Shown piece after piece: positions 9,231 to 19,281 of a DNA stretch of 64,000 nucleotides. The notes under the pieces are model-generated. The model did not search any database, had not been told where the DNA came from, and saw only the letters and a list, made by a program, of their open reading frames with translations. Both the position numbers and the translations under genes were made by a program. Numbering within the stretch: the stretch's first letter is position 1; each line of letters starts with the position of its first letter. The stretch comes from Candidatus Thorarchaeota archaeon (GTDB lineage Archaea > Asgardarchaeota > Thorarchaeia > Thorarchaeales > Thorarchaeaceae): contig RDOC01000001.1 in NCBI GenBank assembly GCA_011364985.1, positions 32,001-96,000 on the forward strand, given 5' to 3'.

Positions 9231-10331
9231 CTACTTCTCTAGATCATCAAGCCAAGTCGCAGTTTTGTCTACCGCACGTGAGATAATGCGACCGGCATCT
9301 CTTGGATTCTTTGCCTGATGGTACTTGAAGAGGAATCGTCCATTCATGATTCCCAAAATCTCGATCTTCCCGGACTCATGAGACATTATGAATCTGAATC
9401 TCTTGCTATGTCCATGGAGATGCTTCTTTGCCTCTTCAACTATTCTATACCCCATGTAAAGGGGAACTTGAAAGGTCGCTTTGACTCTGGCAACAGGACG
9501 ACACTGAAATACGTAGTAGGGGTTCACTCCTATTCTTACAAGAGTGTTCTGTAGATTTGCCAACACCTCAGCATCATCATTCACGCCTTTTAGGAGGACA
9601 GTCTGGTTATTTACGGCTAGACCGGAGGCCATCAGTCCTTCAATTGCTTGAATTGACTCTTCAGTTATTTCCCTAGGATGATTATATTGTGTTACAATGA
9701 AAAGCCGTCTGTCTGTCCTGGAGTGTTCTTTCAGTACTTCCAGCAGCTTGTCATCATCCAGTATTCTCCCTGGGAAGGTAACAGGCACCCTCGTTCCGAA
9801 TCTAATGAAATCTAGGTGTGCGACGCTTGAGAATGCTTCAAGCAGCTCTGCGATCCGATTCGTGTTCAAGGTAAAAGGATCTCCCCCGGTTATCAGAACG
9901 TTGTTTATCTCTTGGTGAGCTGAGATGTATTCTACAGCCGCGTCCAAATTCCTCAGTATCTCTTGACTGGGCAAACCGACCAGCCTTTTTCTGAAGCAAT
10001 ACCGGCAGTAGGTCGCACACTCAGCAGTAGCCAAGATCACTGCGGTTTGGCTATACTTGTGTTGTATTCCTGGCAAGATGGTATTAGAAACTTCACCGCT
10101 AGTGTCATAGGAACCATCTACACTTAGCTCGCCTTCAGTGGGAAGGGTCATTTTTCTAATTGGGTCCTCTGGATCGTTTTCATCGATTAGAGAGAGATAG
10201 TACTCGGACACTTTGATTGGATGAATCTCACTTAGCCGATTCAGCATTTCTTCCTCGGGTTCGCTAAGGGAAACTATTTCTCCTAATTCATCAACACTGG
10301 TCACGATTCCGTTTGAACCGAGTTCATTCAA
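9231..10331 (-). CDS. KamA-family PLP-dependent radical SAM aminomutase (substrate probably not lysine)
   Basis: GIQHKY, CATYCRYCFRKR, LITGGDP, NHPREIT, NQTVLLKGVND, PYYVFQCRP, SGK (PLP lysine). Confidence 0.88.
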   Translation of the reverse strand: MNELGSNGIVTSVDELGEIVSLSEPEEEMLNRLSEIHPIKVSEYYLSLIDENDPEDPIRKMTLPTEGELSVDGSYDTSGEVSNTILPGIQHKYSQTAVILATAECATYCRYCFRKRLVGLPSQEILRNLDAAVEYISAHQEINNVLITGGDPFTLNTNRIAELLEAFSSVAHLDFIRFGTRVPVTFPGRILDDDKLLEVLKEHSRTDRRLFIVTQYNHPREITEESIQAIEGLMASGLAVNNQTVLLKGVNDDAEVLANLQNTLVRIGVNPYYVFQCRPVARVKATFQVPLYMGYRIVEEAKKHLHGHSKRFRFIMSHESGKIEILGIMNGRFLFKYHQAKNPRDAGRIISRAVDKTATWLDDLEK

Positions 10332-10543
10332 GGACTCACATCCCTACGATCGAGAGTAGGTGGCTCCTGTGCTGTGGTCATTCTTGACATGATTTCCATA
10401 TTACGCTCTAGGTCATACCACTCACTGATTGGAATCATTGCCGCTAGGCGTTTCCTATCATCTTTGAGTGAGGAATCCTCTTTCTCATTATTCTTGTCTT
10501 CTCTCATATTCTCATCTCTTTGGCAGTAGATATTCGACATCAC
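10328..10543 (-). CDS. Small charged hypothetical protein translationally coupled to the KamA-family gene
   Basis: Stop overlaps the TTG start of the radical SAM gene (TTGA). Confidence 0.5.
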   Translation of the reverse strand: MMSNIYCQRDENMREDKNNEKEDSSLKDDRKRLAAMIPISEWYDLERNMEIMSRMTTAQEPPTLDRRDVSP

Positions 10544-10907
10544 ATGGTCAAGTAGGACGATTTGTTCTGCCGATTCTGCTAGTTCAATGTGCTCAGACTT
10601 TGGAGCTAGGCTCAGAGCTTTCTCATGCTCAACCCGTAACTCAGGTTATTCCTACTTATCGTCAGTCTATTATATTCAATGACGAAATATAGCTTAAAAA
10701 CTCTCCGTATCTATTAAAGACTCACAGCAGCAGCAATCAACCTGTCTGACGTCAATTGCAGGCTTCAATTAGATATAGCGATAAACGATGCATTTCTCCA
10801 CATTATCAGAGAGTATTGCATTTGCCACCAAAAATGATTCCGTGAAAGAATGACATCGGTAACTTGTTAATGACGATTGTGATGGTAGTATATAGGATGG
10901 AGGCGCA

Positions 10908-11608
10908 TTGACTAGTTGCGATGAATGTTTGAAAAAAGGATCTGTGGCAAGACCGGCGCAAACGTATCCGTGCGCTCTCTGTGGTCAGCACCGCTGTACA
11001 ATTCACGCTGCTTGGGTTCCAGCTTATTTTTTCCAAAGTCCCACTGATTCTGTTGAGGCAGTACTCAGAGTACTCAAAGGTGAAGCAGAAAAGGGGTAGT
11101 ACGCTTTTTGTGGTAGGCCCTCGCATATGCCTTGAGGAGTACTAATTCGACACGGAAGAGAGAGGAAAGGAGGAAAATCGTAGAGGCAATCCCAAACTAT
11201 GAGCGGAAGGAGGGATTCGAGGAGTTTGAGATGTGGGAGATTGGAATTGTTGAAGATGGCTTTGAAGGAAGATGGAAGAAGACTCGCTATGAAATATCAT
11301 GCGAGCTTGCTCCTGTAATCTCATTGGCAGATAGTCTCCAGCGCAAGAGGAAAATATAGTCCTCATTCCTTGACAGCCTTCACTCCATGGTTTTTCAGAC
11401 ACTGGCTTCAAAGAAGGTTACCTTGTTTCCTGCATCGAAGGAGGATTTGATGATTGGACTAGGAAAATCACTATTCTTGAGCGAGGCTTGCAGTTTCATT
11501 TATTCGCGTTGTGGAGTAGTGGCCTGCACTAACACGTTGGAGCCATTCTATAATAGAGAAGTCCTCAATAGCCTGATGAATAAACTAGATTCAGTGATAT
11601 CAATGTGA
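10908..11608 (+). pseudogene. Decayed gene with an N-terminal Cys/His zinc-finger-like region
   Basis: CDEC...CALCGQHRCTIH; reads on past TAG (11097) as YAFCGRPSHMP, TGA, GVLIRHGRERKGGK, then shifts frame into IVEAIPNY...; a further in-frame TAG (11357) separates same-frame ORFs 11132-11359 and 11387-11608. Confidence 0.6.
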
Positions 11609-12488
11609 TTACTCAAAGCAGAGAAGGCGATGACGCATGGCCACACCTGATGCCCTCCAGTGCGTAAAGCTGTTCACTCCCTATGGTTTGAATAGATTTA
11701 GCCGGCGTGTAATAGTTGACTATGGGCTACTATAAACGCCTCCAATTTCAAGCGGTCTTCGATGGGTTTTGACCATCTTTGGAAGTGAACCTGTATGCAA
11801 TAGGATTGGGTATGTTCCAGTACTTGCTTATCTGAAAGGAAGGGAAATGGACACATTGGAATTCGCTTTCGTGTGGTCTGATTACTATCATTATAGGACA
11901 GCACACAAAAGTCGCGAAACGGAAGGTCTATGGCAAGAAGGAAAAGGAGCTAGGTTCGTTGTGATGCATCTTTGGCACATATTATCGGAACGATCCCGAA
12001 CAAACACTTGGCTTAGTATCCACACCTGATTGCTTTCTCGACCTATTCACCAATCATTTCTATGATCACAATTACTCAGCATAGGTTCGGGTCTTAGACT
12101 GTAATGTTCACACGGTTCTTCGTCCTTGGTTGAGCAATCGTTGCACAGATGCTATTAGCAGAAGTCCTCTCTAATCCTAGAATGCTTGTGAGTGACAAGT
12201 GCCTTTCCAAGAATGTGCATTTGAACGATTGGTAATTCCTGAAACTCTGAAACCTCTTTAACGAAGATACAAAGCTTGTCATAAGAACAAAGCCACATAA
12301 CCCATTCGAAAACTACCCTGAAGAAGCAAGAATCTCTCAAGGCAACGGATTAGTCCATAGCAAGAAGCTCAAAAAGGGATTTTGTGGAATGAAGTTATAC
12401 TGGGACCATATCCTACCATTCTACTGCCGGCAAGGGTTGTAGAACGGGGATCAAATCCGAGGATTCCTTCACATATTCTCGGTGCGGG

Positions 12489-15400
12489 GTGCACAAGTTG
12501 CAAGAAGATGATTTGTGGAGCAAGGTACAAAGCAGTGAATTTGCTGAACTAATCACAGATGGAATCCTTTTTCTGGACCAATCACAGAAAATCGTTTATT
12601 CAAATCCCAATTTCGCGGTCATGATAGGACGGTCCCTTGAACACATTGTTGGAAAGAGGATAGATGAATTCATTCAGCCAGGAACAGAAAAGACCCTTGC
12701 TGCACTTATTCTTTCAACATCAATCAAAGAATCTGAAGGCGAACTTCTAACATGGATTCGAGCTGATGGGAAAACTACTCAGACAATCGCCAGATCGCTT
12801 CTAATCAAGACCCAAAGTGACACCGGCGCTAGTGTCTTCATGGTGATGCAAGAAGTACCTACTCTCAGCAACATCCGATACACAGAAGCCGATGATTTCT
12901 ATGTGAGAGCAATGGACATGTCGCCAGACATGATTCTGACACTGGATAAAAGTGGAACAATAACGTACTGCAATGATGCAGCCATTCAACAGACTGGATA
13001 CGCCAGAAAGGAAATAGTTGGCAGGAGATTTACACTACTTGGCGTCTTGAAACTGGGGAATATGTCAAACTACCTTAAGGTCTTCTCTGGAGTTCTACGA
13101 GGGGAAGTACCAGAACCCTTTGAGTTGCAATGGCAACAAAAAGATGGAGGTCTATTTCATTCCGAGGTTATCGTTTCTCCTCTGAAGAAAGAGGAAAAAA
13201 TAGCCGGAGTTATTGCCATTGCAAGAAACATCACTGAACGGAAACAGGCAGAGCAAGCACTCGCTGAGAGCGAAGAGCGATTTCGACTTCTCTATGAGAA
13301 TCTATCAGACGGAGTATTTCGTAGTGACCTTCAAGGTATAATAACCATGTGCAGCCCAAAAGGAGCTCAACTCTTTGGCTACACCTGTGAAGAGCTACTG
13401 GGCACGAACTTCGTTCAGCTCCTCCATCCGGATGACGCTGAATTCATCGTTCAGACATATAACAGGAGCTTTGAGGAATTGGAAACTGTGCCTGGAGGGA
13501 TTGAGGCGAGGGGAACCAGAAAAGATGGTTTGACAATCTACTTCCACATCACAAACACGATTCTCATGGAGGAAGGCAAGCCAATCGGTTATCAATCGCT
13601 CATAAGAGATGTCACAGATCGTCGCATCGCTGAGGAAGTAATTCGTGCATCCGAACAGAAGTATAGAGACTTATTCACGCATTCGCCAGTGTCAATTTGG
13701 GAAGAGGACTTCTCTGAGATAGGAATGTGGCTGCACGGTCTGAAGGAAAGAGGGATTAGTAATCTTGAGGGATACTTGGGAGAGAATCCCGAAGAACTTC
13801 GAAAAGCGTTCTCATTGCTTAAACTCAAGAATATGAACGATGCTGCCATGGAAATGTGCAAGGCTGATAGCAGAGAGCAACTTATCGGGAATACAGACAA
13901 GGTGTTTCTGGAGGAAACGTTTGAAGGATTCAAACGGGAGCTTCTCGCGATTTGGAATGGGCATCCAGATAGCATGGTATTTGAAAGTACTGCAATGGAT
14001 TTACATGGAAACCGATTGGCCACACAAATCACTTGGAAGGTACCAATATCGCAGGGCGCCATGGATCTTTCTGGAGTAATTGTCGTAATTGCAGACATAA
14101 CAGACAGAGTGCGTGCAGAGGACGAACTTCGAAAATCCGAGGAACGGTACAGAACAATCATTCAATCTCTGGAAGATGTTGTGTTTGTCTATGATTCTCA
14201 CAACAAGTATGCACAGGTATATGTGTCTGAGAGAAGTCTGGCCCTCGAACCTGCAGAAGAACTTCTTGGAAGGCCCATTGAGGAAGTTCTGCCTCCTGAT
14301 ATAGCAGAGATGCACACGGAGGCCTTTACGCGGGTTCGCCAATCAGGATCAGGAGAGCATATTGATTACGCACTTCAAATCGAAGGTGCACTTCATTGGT
14401 TTTCGGCGGCCTTGACCCTTCATGAAGACGGTATCAGCATTGTATCGCTTGTGAGGAACATCACAGCGAGAAAGGAAACAGAACAGGAACTTCGAGAGAA
14501 CGAAGAACGCTTTACGCTGTTTGCAGACAATATCCCAGGTCCTGTTTTCATCAAGGATAACGAATCAAACATGCTCTATATCAATAAATACATGAAGGAA
14601 ACTATTGGAATAGAGGATGGAATAGGGAAGAACACTGCCGAAGTCTTTCCATATAACATTGCTGAAGCAATGATTAATGACGATAGGCGGGCAATGAATG
14701 AGGGACCGATTCACATAACTCAATTCATTCCTGATCGAAATGGCGAAACGCACGTTTACCAAACCTCAAAGTTTCCAATACGCAGAGAGAATAAGGCAGA
14801 CCTCCTGGGAGGAATTGCCCTCGATGTCACTGAAAAGACAAAAGCAGAGGAAGCAATTAAGGAGTCAGAAAAGAAGTATCGCAGACTTTACGAGAGCATG
14901 GAAGACGGATTTGTAGGGGCAGACAATGATGGCAACTATATCGAGTTCAACCAGGCATATCTTGAGCTCTCTGGATATGAAGAGAATGAACTCAGAAATC
15001 TCAGCTGTTGGGATCTCACACCGACCAGATGGCATGAAATGGAAGAGAGAATCAACATAGACCAAGTTCTGGTTCGAGGGTATTCCGATCTCTATGAGAA
15101 GGAACTACGCCGAAAGGATGGAACTATTGTCCCTATTGAGATACGGGTGTATCTTTTAAAGAATGAAGATGGCAGACCAACAGGAACCTGGGCAATCGTT
15201 CGTGATATTTCACTAAGAAAGCGTGCTGAAGAACAACTCCGAGAAGAACGTGATACAGCTCAGCGTTATCTCGATATTGCTGGTGCAGCAATCATTGTGA
15301 TTGATGTAGATGGACGGATCCATCTCATGAATAGGAAGGGACTAGAGACCATAGGTTATGAGAATGAGGAGGTGCTTGGTAGAAACTGGATCGACCTTGT

Positions 15401-17456
15401 CATTCCCCGAAATGAATCGGAAACAGCGACAGAACTCTTTCATGAAATTCTCAAGGATGATAGTCCTGATGAGGGAGGCTTCAAGATAGCTATTATCACA
15501 AAAACTGGCGAGGAACGGATAATCTCATGGAGATACCGCGTGCTACGAAACGATTTTGGAAATGCAATTGGTCTGCTAGCCTCTGGAGAGGATATAACAC
15601 AGGCCACAATTGCTGAAGCAGCACTACGCAATTCTGAAGCAAAATACAAGCAATTGGTAGAACAGTATACGCAAGGAGTAGCGATTATAGCCATACCTCT
15701 CAGAATCGCCTTTGCGAATAGGGCAATTGGCGGATTCCTAGACTGTACTCCCGAAGAACTAATGTCGCTGTCATCAGAGGAGATAAGGGACCTAGTTCAT
15801 CCGGAAGACCTTCCTGACATGTTGAATAGACTCACGGAACTTATGAATGGAAGACAACCAGAAGAAATCCCTGCTGTTATGAGAGTCATAAGGCAGAATG
15901 GAGAAGTCAGATGGCTGGAGATCCTCGGACGGCGAGTAGAGTACGAGGGACAGTATGCAGTACAAATCGCTGCGAACGACTCCACTGAGCGAATCAAGGC
16001 TACTGAGAGGCTTCGAGAATCCGAAGAGAGGTATAGAAGGCTGTCCGATGAATCAATACAGGCGCTAGCAATACTCCAAGATGGAAGATACGTCTATGCA
16101 AACCCTGCATTTGCATCGATTGTAGGGTATTCTCTTGAGGAAATTCTGGATTTTTCCTCTGATGAAGTATGGAATTTGGTGTACCCTGAGGACAGGGCTG
16201 AATTGGATAGAAGAAATGAAGAGATGTGGAAGGGAGGGTCTGTGACACCCAGACATAGATTCCGCTATGTCAGAAAGGATGGAGCTGTACGATGGGTTGA
16301 GTCCTTCGTAAAGACGATTGAATATGAAGGTCGTCGTGCATTTCAGATTCTTGAAATTGACATAACTGCTCGGATGGAGTCCGAAAAGGCTCTGCGAGAC
16401 AGTGAAGCAAAATATAGGAAACTTGTTGAGCATGCAACCCTCGGTATAATGATTGTAAGAGTAAGTCCGATTGAAATCGCCTTTGCAAACGATGCTTTTC
16501 TAGAAATAATCGGTTCTTCCCGCGATGAACTTCTATCTCTCTCAGAAGAGCAAATCGGAAATCTAATTCATCCTGATGACTATGAAAGACTGCCCATGCT
16601 AATGGCAGATATCCTAGAGGAGTCAACTCAAATGGACTTGCCCCTCATCCTAAGGGTAATCAGAAATGACGGGAAAATGCGGTGGGTTGAGCTTCGAGGA
16701 AGCAAAGTGGAATTTGAAGATGAACCGGCTATTCAAGCCACCGTAGTGGATATCACCGAACGTATCACGGCTGAAACAGAACGTCAAAAGGCAGAAGATG
16801 ATTTGAAAGCTGCAGCAGACACCGCCATGCTGTACCTAGACCTTCTCGGGCATGATATGAGAAACCGACTTCAAGCGATTCAAATTGCCACAGAGCTCTT
16901 GCAGTTCGACGAATCGCGTCCCGAAGCACTCCGAACGATTGAAAAGGTACTGGATCTCGTTCAATCCTCGGAAGCGTTAATTAACAAGGCGCACGCCACA
17001 AGAGGCCTTCTTTCGGCACCTTTGGAAGATGTGTCGTTGCTTCGGACACTAAAGGATACCTTGACAACTGTGGAAACGCGATTTGATGATGTTGACATTG
17101 ACGCAAAGTACAATGTGGACCAAGCGCATATTATGGCAGATGAGTACTTGAGTCACCTATTGTTAAATGTCTTAGAGAATGCAGTTATTCACAACCAGAC
17201 CACGGAAAAACGAATGTGGATTACTCTTACAGAGAAGCGCGGCGGATTTGAGCTATCAGTGGCCGACAATGGCGAAGGAATTGAAGATTCGCGAAAGAGT
17301 AGCCTCTTTGACCAAGATCGCAGATTTGGTGGTTTGGGACTTCATCAAAGCCAGAGAATCATCTCAAAGTATGGCGGCACGATAGAGGTTGGAGACCGAG
17401 TGCTAGGAAATAGCCGTAAGGGAGCAAAAGTGGCTCTTTGGTTCCCCAAAGCATAG
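12489..17456 (+). CDS. Cytoplasmic sensor histidine kinase with about 11 tandem PAS/PAC domains
   Basis: Repeated DITERKxAExxLxxSEExYR linkers; H-box LGHDMRNRLQ, N-box NVLENAVIH, DNGEGI, GGLGL; no TM segment. Confidence 0.93.
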   Translation: MHKLQEDDLWSKVQSSEFAELITDGILFLDQSQKIVYSNPNFAVMIGRSLEHIVGKRIDEFIQPGTEKTLAALILSTSIKESEGELLTWIRADGKTTQTIARSLLIKTQSDTGASVFMVMQEVPTLSNIRYTEADDFYVRAMDMSPDMILTLDKSGTITYCNDAAIQQTGYARKEIVGRRFTLLGVLKLGNMSNYLKVFSGVLRGEVPEPFELQWQQKDGGLFHSEVIVSPLKKEEKIAGVIAIARNITERKQAEQALAESEERFRLLYENLSDGVFRSDLQGIITMCSPKGAQLFGYTCEELLGTNFVQLLHPDDAEFIVQTYNRSFEELETVPGGIEARGTRKDGLTIYFHITNTILMEEGKPIGYQSLIRDVTDRRIAEEVIRASEQKYRDLFTHSPVSIWEEDFSEIGMWLHGLKERGISNLEGYLGENPEELRKAFSLLKLKNMNDAAMEMCKADSREQLIGNTDKVFLEETFEGFKRELLAIWNGHPDSMVFESTAMDLHGNRLATQITWKVPISQGAMDLSGVIVVIADITDRVRAEDELRKSEERYRTIIQSLEDVVFVYDSHNKYAQVYVSERSLALEPAEELLGRPIEEVLPPDIAEMHTEAFTRVRQSGSGEHIDYALQIEGALHWFSAALTLHEDGISIVSLVRNITARKETEQELRENEERFTLFADNIPGPVFIKDNESNMLYINKYMKETIGIEDGIGKNTAEVFPYNIAEAMINDDRRAMNEGPIHITQFIPDRNGETHVYQTSKFPIRRENKADLLGGIALDVTEKTKAEEAIKESEKKYRRLYESMEDGFVGADNDGNYIEFNQAYLELSGYEENELRNLSCWDLTPTRWHEMEERINIDQVLVRGYSDLYEKELRRKDGTIVPIEIRVYLLKNEDGRPTGTWAIVRDISLRKRAEEQLREERDTAQRYLDIAGAAIIVIDVDGRIHLMNRKGLETIGYENEEVLGRNWIDLVIPRNESETATELFHEILKDDSPDEGGFKIAIITKTGEERIISWRYRVLRNDFGNAIGLLASGEDITQATIAEAALRNSEAKYKQLVEQYTQGVAIIAIPLRIAFANRAIGGFLDCTPEELMSLSSEEIRDLVHPEDLPDMLNRLTELMNGRQPEEIPAVMRVIRQNGEVRWLEILGRRVEYEGQYAVQIAANDSTERIKATERLRESEERYRRLSDESIQALAILQDGRYVYANPAFASIVGYSLEEILDFSSDEVWNLVYPEDRAELDRRNEEMWKGGSVTPRHRFRYVRKDGAVRWVESFVKTIEYEGRRAFQILEIDITARMESEKALRDSEAKYRKLVEHATLGIMIVRVSPIEIAFANDAFLEIIGSSRDELLSLSEEQIGNLIHPDDYERLPMLMADILEESTQMDLPLILRVIRNDGKMRWVELRGSKVEFEDEPAIQATVVDITERITAETERQKAEDDLKAAADTAMLYLDLLGHDMRNRLQAIQIATELLQFDESRPEALRTIEKVLDLVQSSEALINKAHATRGLLSAPLEDVSLLRTLKDTLTTVETRFDDVDIDAKYNVDQAHIMADEYLSHLLLNVLENAVIHNQTTEKRMWITLTEKRGGFELSVADNGEGIEDSRKSSLFDQDRRFGGLGLHQSQRIISKYGGTIEVGDRVLGNSRKGAKVALWFPKA

Positions 17457-17528
17457 TCATTGTTAGTATTGCATTCAAAACAACAATCCATAGGATAAGT
17501 TATTCTATTATCACTTCTACAAGCCCGT

Positions 17529-18371
17529 CTACTTTAGGTAAGAGACTTTGGCGATTAGAAACCTGTCTGCTCTCTTTGCAACAGAGGATGGGTTCAGCTC
17601 GCGCAAATTGAGTTCCATCTTCCTAGATTGACTATCAAGCCAGATCTCTCTAGCGTCACGGGCAACAATACTAGCCGCAGCCACTGCCATTACATCTTCG
17701 GCACGAGGCTTCTGAATCAGTCGAATCAATGTTGTATCAAGAACTCTTTCAAGACGAAGCTTTGTCTTGATTCTTGAAAACTCGTCAATGACAACACTGA
17801 TCCCGTCTTCTTTGACGGCCCTACGACACTCCGAAATCGCCTTTGCGTGGCCCCAAGCAAGCAAATCGTTGAGATTCTTGCCCTCTCTCTTCAGTTCGTC
17901 GAATCGCCGGTTGAAGGTTTCAGGAGAGAGCAGAACCACCTTGAAGGAAATGCAATTCCTCTTCACATCCTTGGCCAAGTCATAGATTTGTTTTAGCTTC
18001 AGCTCTTTGCTGTCCATGACGCCTAATGACCTAAGAATGGCTGATTGCAAGGAATTCAGGGCAACTGCCGATATCACCAATGGGCCAAGCCATTCTCCCT
18101 TTCCAGCTTCATCCGACCCGATTATGGTAGACTCGGTTTCGGCGGATTTATAGATCTCCTGAACGGAATTCTGGAGCAATGCACGGGAATAGATATCAGA
18201 AGCAACAACCTTTCCAGTGGTGTAGGCAATTATCGAAGCCTCACCGAAGGACAATCTGAACGACTCAAACTTGGTCTTTGTCCTAGTCTCAAGAGTCCTA
18301 GAATCCTTGAGAAGTGCAGACTTCAGAACGCCCAGTTTCTCAACATCGATCTTGATCACATGGAAGTCCAT
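17529..18371 (-). CDS. rnhC: Ribonuclease HIII (type 2 RNase H with N-terminal TBP-like domain)
   Basis: N-terminal IIAYTTGKVV; IGSDEAGKGEWLGPL, DSK, IDEF, RAEDVMAVAAASIVAR (fourth acidic residue Glu, HIII-type). Confidence 0.8.
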   Translation of the reverse strand: MDFHVIKIDVEKLGVLKSALLKDSRTLETRTKTKFESFRLSFGEASIIAYTTGKVVASDIYSRALLQNSVQEIYKSAETESTIIGSDEAGKGEWLGPLVISAVALNSLQSAILRSLGVMDSKELKLKQIYDLAKDVKRNCISFKVVLLSPETFNRRFDELKREGKNLNDLLAWGHAKAISECRRAVKEDGISVVIDEFSRIKTKLRLERVLDTTLIRLIQKPRAEDVMAVAAASIVARDAREIWLDSQSRKMELNLRELNPSSVAKRADRFLIAKVSYLK

Positions 18372-18384
18372 TCTCTACTTACCT

Positions 18385-19167
18385 CTATCTAAGATGAATG
18401 ACCTCGCCAGCAGAAACCAAATGCTGCCCATCCCTATTCTTCACAATCAGTCCTCCGCTTGCATCTATTTCAACTGCTGTCCCTCTAAGATTTTCGGTCG
18501 ACAATCGCACCATTACGTCTCTGCCTAGAGTCTCACAGATTTCTGCATAGTTCATGAGAATGGAATCGAATGCACGTGTTTCATAGACTTCCTGCAGTTG
18601 AGAGTCCGCATTATTGATGATGCTAGATGCAAGTACTTCGCGAGTCGGAACAACGTGTGACTCCTCTGCAATCGTTGTCATCGTATTTCGTAGTCTGTCA
18701 GGAAAATCCAAGATTTGTGAGGATATGTTGATACCAATTCCAAGAATTGCCACTAGTCTGCCCTTCGTAGTGGGCACGAGTTCACTGAGTATCCCACCCA
18801 GTTTCTTCCCATTCACAAGTAGGTCGTTTGGCCATTTCAATCGTGCTTGAAGTCGTGCAGTTTCTTCCAATGCAGAGACAGCAGCATTGGCCAGCATGAT
18901 ACCCAACAAAGGACTTGAGGCAGCGCCTGCAGGGGGTTGTAGGACAATGCTGAGATATAGTCCCCCCAGCGGCGAATACCATCTCCGCCCATGGCGCCCT
19001 CTACCATTGACCTGCCTATCGGCAATCACTATGATTCCTTCGCTGCCGCCGTCATCAATCAGTCTCTTTGCTACGAGATTCGTGGACAATGCCTCTTCTA
19101 GACATATGATTCGTGGAGATATCACTTTTGTATCTAAGCCACTGAGAAAAATCCCGGAATTGACCAT
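18385..19167 (-). CDS. birA: Biotin--protein ligase (class I, no HTH)
   Basis: STN, QVNGRGRHGRRWYSP, KWPNDL, KKLGGIL, GIGIN, AGEV. Confidence 0.95.
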   Translation of the reverse strand: MVNSGIFLSGLDTKVISPRIICLEEALSTNLVAKRLIDDGGSEGIIVIADRQVNGRGRHGRRWYSPLGGLYLSIVLQPPAGAASSPLLGIMLANAAVSALEETARLQARLKWPNDLLVNGKKLGGILSELVPTTKGRLVAILGIGINISSQILDFPDRLRNTMTTIAEESHVVPTREVLASSIINNADSQLQEVYETRAFDSILMNYAEICETLGRDVMVRLSTENLRGTAVEIDASGGLIVKNRDGQHLVSAGEVIHLR

Positions 19168-19281
19168 AGTTCATCCATCATAGATTGATATTGCGGTTTT
19201 CCACAAAAGAGTCATCGCGGATTCCTTTCAGCGAGTACTTATATTATGTATGAATTAGCGAATTCCAGACAGGTGAGCCAA

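Noticed and set aside
9231-10543. RiPP cluster (small ORF + radical SAM)
   Set aside because: The enzyme is a PLP-dependent KamA type with no SPASM or RRE domain; no modifying or export genes are linked
12421-12488. GC-rich stretch containing GATCAAATCC resembling a tRNA T-arm
   Set aside because: No acceptor stem or cloverleaf could be built
12801-17385. Numerous 60-190 aa ORFs nested in or antisense to long genes here and throughout the window
   Set aside because: They overlap well-supported genes and have no recognisable motifs
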